A stretch of DNA of 64,000 nt from Bacteroidota bacterium (GTDB lineage: Bacteria; Bacteroidota; Bacteroidia; NS11-12g; UBA955): assembly GCA_027621365.1 (NCBI GenBank), contig JAQCBH010000003.1, positions 65,737 to 129,736 on the forward strand, given 5' to 3'. Shown one piece after another: positions 36,097 to 44,488 of the stretch. The notes beneath the pieces were generated by a model. It worked only from the letters and a program-made list of their open reading frames with translations. It was not told where the DNA came from and searched no databases. The position numbers and the translations under genes were made by a program. Positions within the stretch are counted from its first letter, which is position 1, and the number at the start of each line of letters is the position of its first letter.

Positions 36097-37068
36097 ATGG
36101 CCCTATTCTCTTGGTTTAAGAAAAAAACCGAATCCAACCCTGAAGAGCGCACCCAAACGCAGCAAGCTCTAGGGGCAACCCGTGAGAACTTATGGGGTAA
36201 AATGACGCGTGCATTGACGGGCAAACGCTCCATTGATGCTGATTTTCTCGAAGAGCTTGAATCCATTTTGGTCGGTGCTGATTTGGGCGTAGATACGGCT
36301 GTTTCTTTGATTGAGCAATTGGAAGAGCAGGTCAAGAGCCAAGGTTATTTGACCACTGAGGAATTGAAATCCTGGATGGTACAGCGCATGCAATCGCTCA
36401 TCCCTGATATTCCTGAACAAGTGGCCCCTGATTTTTCACTTAGTGGTGGAGTAAAACCCTACGTTGTATTGGTAGTAGGAGTCAACGGCGTTGGCAAAAC
36501 AACCACCATAGGCAAAATGGCCCATCGCTATGTTCAAGAAGGCAAGAAAGTGGTACTCGGAGCGGCTGATACCTTTCGGGCAGCCGCCGTTGATCAATTG
36601 GGCATTTGGAAAGATCGCACAGGCGCTGAGATCGTTTCCATGGGCATGGGCGCCGATCCCGCCTCTGTGGCCTTTGAAACGCTAAAACAAGGCAAAGAAA
36701 TGGGAGCCGATGTCATCATTGTTGATACTGCTGGACGATTGCACAACAAAGTGGGCTTGATGAATGAATTGGGCAAGATCAAGCGAGTCATGCAAAAATT
36801 CCAGCCCGATGCTCCTCACGAAGTGGTGTTGGTGATTGACGCTACAACCGGCCAAAATGCCTTTGAGCAAGCCCGCCAATTCGCGGCAGCCACTCAGGTC
36901 AATGCTTTGGCTGTGACTAAGTTGGACGGTACGGCAAAGGGCGGGGTATTGATTGGCGTTAGCCATGAATTCCAAATGCCTGTCAAGTATGTCGGGTTGG
37001 GTGAAGGAGCAGAAGATTTGCGTTTGTTCGATAAACAGGCATTTGTAGAATCCATTTTTGAATCGTGA
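36097..37068 (+). CDS. ftsY: signal recognition particle-docking protein FtsY
   Basis: SRP GTPase motifs (GVNGVGKTT, DTAGR, TKLDGTAKGG). Confidence 0.9.
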   Translation: MALFSWFKKKTESNPEERTQTQQALGATRENLWGKMTRALTGKRSIDADFLEELESILVGADLGVDTAVSLIEQLEEQVKSQGYLTTEELKSWMVQRMQSLIPDIPEQVAPDFSLSGGVKPYVVLVVGVNGVGKTTTIGKMAHRYVQEGKKVVLGAADTFRAAAVDQLGIWKDRTGAEIVSMGMGADPASVAFETLKQGKEMGADVIIVDTAGRLHNKVGLMNELGKIKRVMQKFQPDAPHEVVLVIDATTGQNAFEQARQFAAATQVNALAVTKLDGTAKGGVLIGVSHEFQMPVKYVGLGEGAEDLRLFDKQAFVESIFES

Positions 37069-38372
37069 AAACCAAAAGTAACGCCCAGCCCAAAGTCAAT
37101 GTCATTACATTGGGTTGCAGCAAGAATACGGTAGACAGTGAAGTGCTGATGGGGCAGTTGAAGGCCTCCAAGTTCGATGTTCATCACGAAAGTGATCAGG
37201 ATGCAGACATCGTCATTGTCAATACCTGCGGCTTTATTGATAACGCCAAAGAAGAGAGCATCAATACCATACTCCAATATGCCGAGGCCAAAAAAGCGGG
37301 GCATCTGGAGAAGTTGTATGTAACGGGCTGTTTGTCTCATCGCTACAAAGACGATTTGCAGGCTGAGATCAAAGAGGTTGACGCTTGGTTCGGTACACTC
37401 GACATGCCGCATCTATTGCGCACTGTGGGTGCCGATTATCGTCATGAGTTGATTGGCGAGCGCATGACCACCACGCCCAAGCACTATGCCTATTTGAAAA
37501 TCTCCGAAGGATGCAACCGTCCCTGTTCCTTTTGCGCCATCCCCTTGATGCGTGGAGGGCATGTGAGCAAGCCCTTGGAGATGATCGTCAAAGAGACCGA
37601 GAACTTAGTGAAATCTGGGGTAAAGGAAATCATGTTGATCGCTCAAGATTCCACCTACTATGGATTGGATCTCTACGGCGAGCGCAAATTGGCTGAATTA
37701 TTGGCCCGCGTCAGTGATGTGGAGGGCTTGGAATGGATACGATTGCATTATGCTTATCCGTCGCAATTCCCGATGGATGCCCTCAAAGTCATGGCCGAAA
37801 GAAGCAACATTTGCAAGTATTTGGACATACCCATCCAACACATTTCAGACAATATGTTGAAATCCATGCGCAGGGGCATTACCCAGCGTAGAACCTTGGA
37901 GGTCTTGAATGCCATTCGGGAAGAAGTACCGGGAATAGCGCTGCGCACCACATTTTTGGTAGGCCATCCGGGTGAAACAGAAGAAGACGTCAAAGCCTTG
38001 TTGGATTCGATTGATCAAATACGATTCGAACGATTGGGTGTGTTTACCTACAGCCATGAAGACAATACACATGCTCATACCCTGGTTGATGATGTGCCGG
38101 CGGCTGAAAAACAACGCCGAGCCGATGCTGTAATGGCCAAGCAAATGGAAGTTAGTTGGGCCTTCAATCAGTCTTTGGTAGGGTCGGTCCAAAAGGTGTT
38201 GTTCGACCGCTTGGAGGGTGATGAGTTTGTCGGACGCACACAATTTGACAGCCCAGAGGTTGACAATGAAGTTCGAGTCCCAGCCACCGGGAATTATGTG
38301 CGCATGGGGGATTTTGCCGATGTTCGCATCACAGAAGCCAGCCATTATGACCTCTTTGGAACCCTCATATAA
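37065..38372 (+). CDS. rimO: ribosomal protein S12 methylthiotransferase RimO
   Basis: MTTase N-domain (VITLGCSKN), radical-SAM CNRPCSFCAIP, TRAM domain; start appears to be GTG at 37065, overlapping the ftsY stop. Confidence 0.85.
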   Translation: MKTKSNAQPKVNVITLGCSKNTVDSEVLMGQLKASKFDVHHESDQDADIVIVNTCGFIDNAKEESINTILQYAEAKKAGHLEKLYVTGCLSHRYKDDLQAEIKEVDAWFGTLDMPHLLRTVGADYRHELIGERMTTTPKHYAYLKISEGCNRPCSFCAIPLMRGGHVSKPLEMIVKETENLVKSGVKEIMLIAQDSTYYGLDLYGERKLAELLARVSDVEGLEWIRLHYAYPSQFPMDALKVMAERSNICKYLDIPIQHISDNMLKSMRRGITQRRTLEVLNAIREEVPGIALRTTFLVGHPGETEEDVKALLDSIDQIRFERLGVFTYSHEDNTHAHTLVDDVPAAEKQRRADAVMAKQMEVSWAFNQSLVGSVQKVLFDRLEGDEFVGRTQFDSPEVDNEVRVPATGNYVRMGDFADVRITEASHYDLFGTLI

Positions 38373-39885
38373 ATCAGGATTACGCTCATTTCCTGCCGGG
38401 TATTGGTCGCCTGAATTGTTGAATTGGGCTTGGAGTGGGAATTGTCCTTATTATCCCAAAGCAGGTCCCCCAATTGGCGCCATAACAGAACTACCAGTAT
38501 TTGATGCCGAGAAGCGGCAAGTCTTGCAGTCGGTGTTGATTCGGCAAATGCAGTCTTTGGATTTGAGTGTGGCCCAAAAGGAACATTTGCAGGCCTTAAG
38601 CCAACCCAACACCTACACGGTTTGTACCGGTCAGCAAATTCATATCGGGGGCGGTCCCTTGTTTGTATGGGCGAAAATCAGCTCGACCTTGGCTTGGGCC
38701 AAAGCCATTCAATCCCAAAACCCAGACATGCGGGTTGTTCCCGTATTTTGGATGGCGACCGAAGATCATGACTTCGATGAAATCAAGGGTCTTGATCTTT
38801 GGGGCAAACGCTACGAATTGTCGGGCCAAAAAGGTGGGCCCGTTGGGCGAATTTCAGCCGATGAGCTCAAGGCCTTAAAAGTGGCTATACTCAGCGATTT
38901 TCCTCACTTATCGGAGGCATTGAATCAATATTGGCAGGCATTTGACTCGGCTACTGATTTGGCCGATGCTTATCGCCGATTGATTCATCGGTATTTCGCC
39001 GAATCAGGTCTACTGATCTTGGATCCAGATGACTCGGAATTGAAAAAGATGGCCCTGCCTTTGTGGGAGCAAGAATTGGGATCTGGACTTTTGTACCAGG
39101 CCTTTTCTTCAGCCACATCAAAGCTTCTACAAGAGGAACAGCCGGCGCCCGCTCATGTTCGAGAGGTCAATGCCTTCTGGTTGGGTGAAAATTCTCGACA
39201 GCGCATAGAAGAGTGCCAGTCATTGGAGATCATTCATGAACGCGTAGCGGAAGTCAGCCCAAATGTGCTGTTGCGCCCCTTGTATCAGCAGGCCGTATTG
39301 CCAAACTTGGCTTACATCGCTGGCCCTACCGAGTTTCGCTATTGGTTTCAAACCACAGAGGCTTTTGACCAAGCTCAGCTTCATATGCCACAATTGTTGC
39401 TCCGTGAAGCATGGTTGGAGTTGCCCCAGTCGGTTTGGAAAAAATTGCATTCTTGGCAGTTGAGCCTGGAGGATATGGGCTTGCCAGAATCTGAGTTTCA
39501 ATCCTTGTTGGCTGGCAAATTGTCGGAATCCATGAGTGAATGGGAGGGGATTAAAAAGGAATTGGTTCAGCTCGAAGAGCGTGGCTCTCAAATGCTGTAC
39601 AAAGCCCAAAGCCCAGGTCTCAAGGACTTTAAAAAAGACCTGAACAGCGCCCAAAAGCGTTGGAGAGAAGCCATCGAATCTGAGAAGCAAAAAGGCCTAG
39701 TAGCCCTGTATGGCAAAGGGGCTGAAGAAAAAATGAAGGAATACCGCCAGCGTTACTTCAATTGGAAGTTACCGGTAGAACGCAGCCTGAATGTGTTGGA
39801 ATGGTACATGCAGAACTCGGAAAGAAATTTACCTGAACTCAATGCCTTGGATTACCAAACGCAGGGCGCCTTTAGAATCTTGTAA
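38347..39885 (+). CDS. bshC: bacillithiol biosynthesis cysteine-adding enzyme BshC
   Basis: Conserved BshC blocks (CTGQQIHIGGGPLFVWAKISS...VPVFWMATEDHDFDEI; AYIAGPTEFRYW) align to B. subtilis YllA/BshC; start set to ATG at 38347 (26-nt overlap with rimO). Confidence 0.7.
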   Translation: MTSLEPSYKSGLRSFPAGYWSPELLNWAWSGNCPYYPKAGPPIGAITELPVFDAEKRQVLQSVLIRQMQSLDLSVAQKEHLQALSQPNTYTVCTGQQIHIGGGPLFVWAKISSTLAWAKAIQSQNPDMRVVPVFWMATEDHDFDEIKGLDLWGKRYELSGQKGGPVGRISADELKALKVAILSDFPHLSEALNQYWQAFDSATDLADAYRRLIHRYFAESGLLILDPDDSELKKMALPLWEQELGSGLLYQAFSSATSKLLQEEQPAPAHVREVNAFWLGENSRQRIEECQSLEIIHERVAEVSPNVLLRPLYQQAVLPNLAYIAGPTEFRYWFQTTEAFDQAQLHMPQLLLREAWLELPQSVWKKLHSWQLSLEDMGLPESEFQSLLAGKLSESMSEWEGIKKELVQLEERGSQMLYKAQSPGLKDFKKDLNSAQKRWREAIESEKQKGLVALYGKGAEEKMKEYRQRYFNWKLPVERSLNVLEWYMQNSERNLPELNALDYQTQGAFRIL

Positions 39886-39937
39886 TTTCTTTGATGGAAT
39901 TTTTGAGTAGGGCTTGTTTTGGGTGTAATATAGCAGA

Positions 39938-41503
39938 ATGTCTTCTGCTCGTCTAAAGTCTGATATTTTCTCTTCTCTTGTTGTGTTTTTGGTGGCCTTG
40001 CCACTGTGTATGGGCATAGCTCTTGCTTCTGGGGGAACGGTCATACAAGGTATACTTTCGGGTGTCATTGGAGGCTTGGTGATTGGCCTTTTTAGCGGCT
40101 CGCATACCAGTGTCAGTGGTCCTGCTGCCGGTTTGATTACCATCGTGGATGGTGCCATTCGGGATTTGGGCAGCATGGAGGTGTTTGCCACCGCATTGTT
40201 TGTGGCTGGATTGATGCAATTGGTCTTTGGATTGCTTCGTGGAGGCATTTTGGCTGACTTCATTCCCGTTTCTGTGATCAAAGGCATGTTGGCCGCCATT
40301 GGAATAACTTTGATTTTGAAACAGTTGCCGCACATGGTGGGGCACGACGCTGATGCATTTGGGGAAATGGAGTTTTCGCAGCTAAATGGCCACAATACCT
40401 TTTCAGAACTGTACTACATGTTGGGTTCCATTACCCCGCTAGCTGTGGTTATTTCTTTGTTGGGTTTAGCGATCCAAATTGTTTGGGAAAGACCGAGTAT
40501 CAAACAATCTTCTTGGTTGAGCATCTTGCCAGCGCCCTTGTTGGCGGTCGTCATAGGAGTGCTAGTGAATGAAGGGGCAAAAGTGCTTGACAACACCTTG
40601 GACGTGACGGCCTTTTTGGGCACCTGGGTCATTCAAGGCGAACACATGGTCAATGTGCCTCAATTGCTTACGAATACGAGTTCCGCGCAGGGATTTTTGG
40701 TGAGCCCAGATTGGTCGGCCTTGATTCGGTTCGATGTTTACAAGTTGGCCCTGGTTATGGCTATCATCGCCAGTATTGAGAGCTTGCTCAGTATTGAAGC
40801 AGGAGATAAACTAGATCCACACAAACGGATTAGCCCTCCGAACAAAGAGTTGTTTGCTCAAGGCTTGGGAAATACGATTGCTGGATTGTTGGGGGCCCTG
40901 CCGGTTACGGCGGTAATCGTTCGTACCTCGGCCAATATTTCGAGCGGAGCGGCTACCAAGAAAAGTGCCATCTTTCACGCCATTTGGCTCCTAGCTTTCG
41001 TCTTGTTTGCACCTGAATGGATCAATCGAATTCCATTGGCAGCACTAGCCTCTGTGTTGATTTTTGTGGGTTATAAATTGGCTCGCCCCGGCTTGATTCA
41101 AGCGCAATACCAAAAAGGGCAATCGGCTTTCTTGCCGTTTATCATCACCATCGCTGCCATTTTGTTGACCGACTTGTTGATTGGGATTTTGATTGGTTTA
41201 GGAGTTGGGTTCTTTTTCGTGCTCAGAACGAATTATCAAAAATCTTTTACCAAAGAGGTTATGGGTTCTGAGGTGAAATTTGTATTCAGTCAACAAATTA
41301 CTTTCCTCAACAAAGCGGCGATGAAAGCCTCTTTGAATGATGTAGCCAGCCATTCCCACATAATCTTGGATTTTGACCACTGCCATTTCGTCGATGCTGA
41401 CATCGTTGACATCATTGTAGACTTTGCTGCGGGTTGCAAGGAAAGGGGCATCAGTTTGGAAGTTCAGGCCGGAGATAATGTCCAACTTCTTAATATTGTA
41501 TAA
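39938..41503 (+). CDS. SulP-family anion transporter with C-terminal STAS domain
   Basis: SulP TM core (SGHTSVSGPAAGL...), C-terminal STAS-like domain. Confidence 0.85.
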   Translation: MSSARLKSDIFSSLVVFLVALPLCMGIALASGGTVIQGILSGVIGGLVIGLFSGSHTSVSGPAAGLITIVDGAIRDLGSMEVFATALFVAGLMQLVFGLLRGGILADFIPVSVIKGMLAAIGITLILKQLPHMVGHDADAFGEMEFSQLNGHNTFSELYYMLGSITPLAVVISLLGLAIQIVWERPSIKQSSWLSILPAPLLAVVIGVLVNEGAKVLDNTLDVTAFLGTWVIQGEHMVNVPQLLTNTSSAQGFLVSPDWSALIRFDVYKLALVMAIIASIESLLSIEAGDKLDPHKRISPPNKELFAQGLGNTIAGLLGALPVTAVIVRTSANISSGAATKKSAIFHAIWLLAFVLFAPEWINRIPLAALASVLIFVGYKLARPGLIQAQYQKGQSAFLPFIITIAAILLTDLLIGILIGLGVGFFFVLRTNYQKSFTKEVMGSEVKFVFSQQITFLNKAAMKASLNDVASHSHIILDFDHCHFVDADIVDIIVDFAAGCKERGISLEVQAGDNVQLLNIV

Positions 41504-41505
41504 CT

Positions 41506-42150
41506 ATGTCAAAAGAATCCATAGAAAGTCTTTTACGAGCCAACCAACAGTGGGTGGAAGAAGAATTGATCAAGGACCCCAATTTTTTCAAAGAATTGGC
41601 CAAAGGTCAGACTCCTCAATTTCTTTGGATTGGATGCAGTGATTCACGAGTTCCTGCAGATCGAATAACAGGTACAAAACCGGGTGAAATTTTTGTGCAC
41701 CGCAACATCGCCAATTTGGTTTTACACACCGACTTGAATATGCTCAGTGTATTGGAATACGCCGTAGCCTATTTGAAAGTCAAGCACATCATTGTTTGCG
41801 GCCACTACGGTTGCGGAGGGGTGCGTGCCGCAATCAGCAGGAATAACTATGAATTGCTAAACAAATGGCTGCGAAACATCAAAGATATCTATGTCAAAAA
41901 CGAGGCATTGTTGCATGCAATACCCGATTCTGTTGACCGTGAAAATGCATTGGTAGAATTAAGCATTAAGCAACAGATTGAAAACCTCATGAAGACCAGT
42001 GTGGTGCAAAAAGCCTGGCACTTGGGCGAGGATTTGACTTTACACGGAATGGTGTATGACTTGACCAATGGCCGGTTGCAACAGCTGATTCAATACGACC
42101 GAAATAGCCCCTTGCCCGAAATTTATCGATTCTACTTCGACGAAGATTGA
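41506..42150 (+). CDS. beta-class carbonic anhydrase
   Basis: Zn-ligand motifs CSDSRV and HYGCGG; 2 nt after the SulP stop. Confidence 0.85.
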   Translation: MSKESIESLLRANQQWVEEELIKDPNFFKELAKGQTPQFLWIGCSDSRVPADRITGTKPGEIFVHRNIANLVLHTDLNMLSVLEYAVAYLKVKHIIVCGHYGCGGVRAAISRNNYELLNKWLRNIKDIYVKNEALLHAIPDSVDRENALVELSIKQQIENLMKTSVVQKAWHLGEDLTLHGMVYDLTNGRLQQLIQYDRNSPLPEIYRFYFDED

Positions 42151-42848
42151 TTTTTCAGCTTGTCAATTCTCAAGTTGATCATTTCAATGGCAAACGAAAA
42201 GGCCATAGCGAAATAGATGTAGCCCTTTTCCAAGTGCTGGTCAAAAGCTTCGGCTAGCAGAGAAACACCAATCATCACCAAAAAAGAGAGAGCCAGTATT
42301 TTGATGCTGATGTTCTCCTGTACAAATTTGGATATGGGTTCAGCGGCCAACAACATGACCAACATGGAAGCTACCACTGCGACAATCATCACCCATAGCT
42401 CTTTGGCCATTCCTACGGCGGTGATGACGGAGTCCAAGCTGAAAACAATGTTCAAGAGAGCCATTTGGATAAGAACGGCATTCCACCCTGAGCGTTGGCT
42501 TCTCACTTGATGTTCCTCTTCGGGTAGGGTGAGTTTCAGGTGAATTTCGTGCACACTTTGGTAGAGCAAGAACAGTCCACCTACCAATAGCATGATACTC
42601 TTTCCTGAAAAGGGGTGGCCCATTAGCTCAAACAAGGGTTGGTCTTGTTGTTGTATCCATTGCAAGCCCATTAGCATCAGGATTCGAATTCCCATGCCCA
42701 ACAGCAATCCGATTTGACGGGCCCGCTTTTGCTTTTCAATGGCTACTTTGCCCGATAAAATGGAAATGAACACAATGTTGTCTATACCTAGAATGATTTC
42801 CAGGCTGGTCAATGCGAGCAGGGATAATAGGGCTTCTTGACTGAACAT
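42132..42848 (-). CDS. TerC/Alx-family integral membrane protein
   Basis: TerC motif LEIILGIDNIVFISIL and repeated acidic-in-TM pattern. Confidence 0.8.
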   Translation of the reverse strand: MFSQEALLSLLALTSLEIILGIDNIVFISILSGKVAIEKQKRARQIGLLLGMGIRILMLMGLQWIQQQDQPLFELMGHPFSGKSIMLLVGGLFLLYQSVHEIHLKLTLPEEEHQVRSQRSGWNAVLIQMALLNIVFSLDSVITAVGMAKELWVMIVAVVASMLVMLLAAEPISKFVQENISIKILALSFLVMIGVSLLAEAFDQHLEKGYIYFAMAFSFAIEMINLRIDKLKNQSSSK

Positions 42849-42852
42849 GTGT

Positions 42853-43767
42853 CTAAGGTAGGAACAAGCGATCTTCCTGCCAACGATCGGCGGGAATCCA
42901 CCGGGTCGGGAATTGATTTTTGAACCAAGTTACTTGGCGTTTGGCATAGCGCCGGGTGTTTTGCTTCATTTTATCTAGGGCCTCGCGGTAATTCATCAGG
43001 CGATTCCTGTAGTCAAACCATTCGGTATAGCCCACGGTTTGCAAGGCATTGAGGTGCTGGTAGGGAAGAAGGGAGCTGACTTCATCCAAAAGCCCAGCTT
43101 CCATCATGGAATCGCAGCGCTTATGAATTCGATCGTACAGGGTTTCTCTGTCCCAATTCAAGGCCAAGTAATCAACCTGAGCATCGGTTAAGAGATCAGC
43201 AATGGGAGATTCTGCCTTTTGTTGGTAAAGCTCGTTTAGGCTCTGACCGCTTTCCCAAAGCAATTCCAAGGCTCTTTGCATGCGCTGAGGATTGAACATG
43301 TCGAGTCGTTCATGCGCCAAGGGGTCTGCTGCCATGATGGCCTTTCTCAACCCGACAATGCCGTGTTGATCAAAGCAATATTGCACCTGTTTTTGAACGG
43401 CTTCAGAAGGCTGGGGCAATTCATTCATTCCCTCCATCAGGGCTCGGATGTACAGGCCAGTGCCTCCGCATAAAACGACGGCACCGGTTTCAGCGATGCT
43501 TTCCCTGAGGGCTTGGCTGGCCTCTTGCGCATATCGTTCTGCGTTGTATTCTTCCTGTATCGAGACGTGACCAAAAAGGCGGTGCGGAGCGGCAGCGAAT
43601 TCTTCTTTTGTGGGTTTGGCCACGCCAATGTGCAGTTCAGTGTATACCTGACGGCTGTCGGCGTTGACTATATGGCAACCCCATTTTTGGGCTAGGGCAA
43701 TCGACAAAGCGGTTTTGCCTGATGCGGTGGGCCCTCCAATAATGGCGATACGGGGAGCCTGGCTCAT
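42853..43767 (-). CDS. miaA: tRNA dimethylallyltransferase
   Basis: P-loop GPTASGKT and remaining MiaA core. Confidence 0.9.
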   Translation of the reverse strand: MSQAPRIAIIGGPTASGKTALSIALAQKWGCHIVNADSRQVYTELHIGVAKPTKEEFAAAPHRLFGHVSIQEEYNAERYAQEASQALRESIAETGAVVLCGGTGLYIRALMEGMNELPQPSEAVQKQVQYCFDQHGIVGLRKAIMAADPLAHERLDMFNPQRMQRALELLWESGQSLNELYQQKAESPIADLLTDAQVDYLALNWDRETLYDRIHKRCDSMMEAGLLDEVSSLLPYQHLNALQTVGYTEWFDYRNRLMNYREALDKMKQNTRRYAKRQVTWFKNQFPTRWIPADRWQEDRLFLP

Positions 43768-43771
43768 GCAA

Positions 43772-44407
43772 TCAATCGTTTACTTCGCTGAACCCATCCA
43801 TGCCGAATTCTTCGGTGCTGTCGCCGTAGAAATCATTGCCATCGTCTTCGTCCTGATCGTCGTCTTCGTCAAGCAATTCTTCAGCTTCCAACAGGAGTTC
43901 ATCCTTGATGCCTTTGGCCGCGAGGATTTTGGCCGCTAGGGCGTCGAATTCGTTGTCATCCAGCATTTTGAATTTGCTGTCTTCGCGCTGACGCGGGGCT
44001 TTCCCTTCGCTTTTCACCAGCAGCGGATAAGTGGCATCCTTACGGGGATCTTGAATGCTTTGCAACTCGATGAGCAAGGTCCATTGTGCGACATAGTCGC
44101 TGATGTAAATGAACCGTTGATGAGGATCGTTGATCCAATCTCTCAATTTGGTGTCCTTCATGACGGGGCTGGGCAAAGCGGTGTCGCTGCTCATGTCCTC
44201 GTCGTCCAGCATGTTTTCCAAGGTGATTTCCATGTGTTTCTTCCAATGGATGTCACTGATGTAAAATGATGCTAACTCCTTTTTGTCAAAGCCGATAGCG
44301 TCTTGGATAGCGTGGTGAAAATTTAAAAAACTCGAAGCGGGTTTGATGTCAATCCAGCGAACAATCTCGTCGTCGTTTTCAAACCAAATTTTAAAACGGA
44401 AAACCAT
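43772..44407 (-). CDS. hypothetical protein with pRiA4b-ORF3-like N-terminal domain and poly-acidic C-terminal tail
   Basis: FRFKIWFENDDEIVRWIDIKP...FLNFHHAIQDAIGF resembles the PF07929 pattern; C-terminal EELLDEDDDQDEDDGNDFYGD. Confidence 0.45.
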   Translation of the reverse strand: MVFRFKIWFENDDEIVRWIDIKPASSFLNFHHAIQDAIGFDKKELASFYISDIHWKKHMEITLENMLDDEDMSSDTALPSPVMKDTKLRDWINDPHQRFIYISDYVAQWTLLIELQSIQDPRKDATYPLLVKSEGKAPRQREDSKFKMLDDNEFDALAAKILAAKGIKDELLLEAEELLDEDDDQDEDDGNDFYGDSTEEFGMDGFSEVND

Positions 44408-44488
44408 GAAGTTGCAAAGTTAGGTCAAGGCTTTGTATTTGTTTGGTCTGGAAGCCCAACAGCGTCATTTTGGGCGTATTTTTGGACC

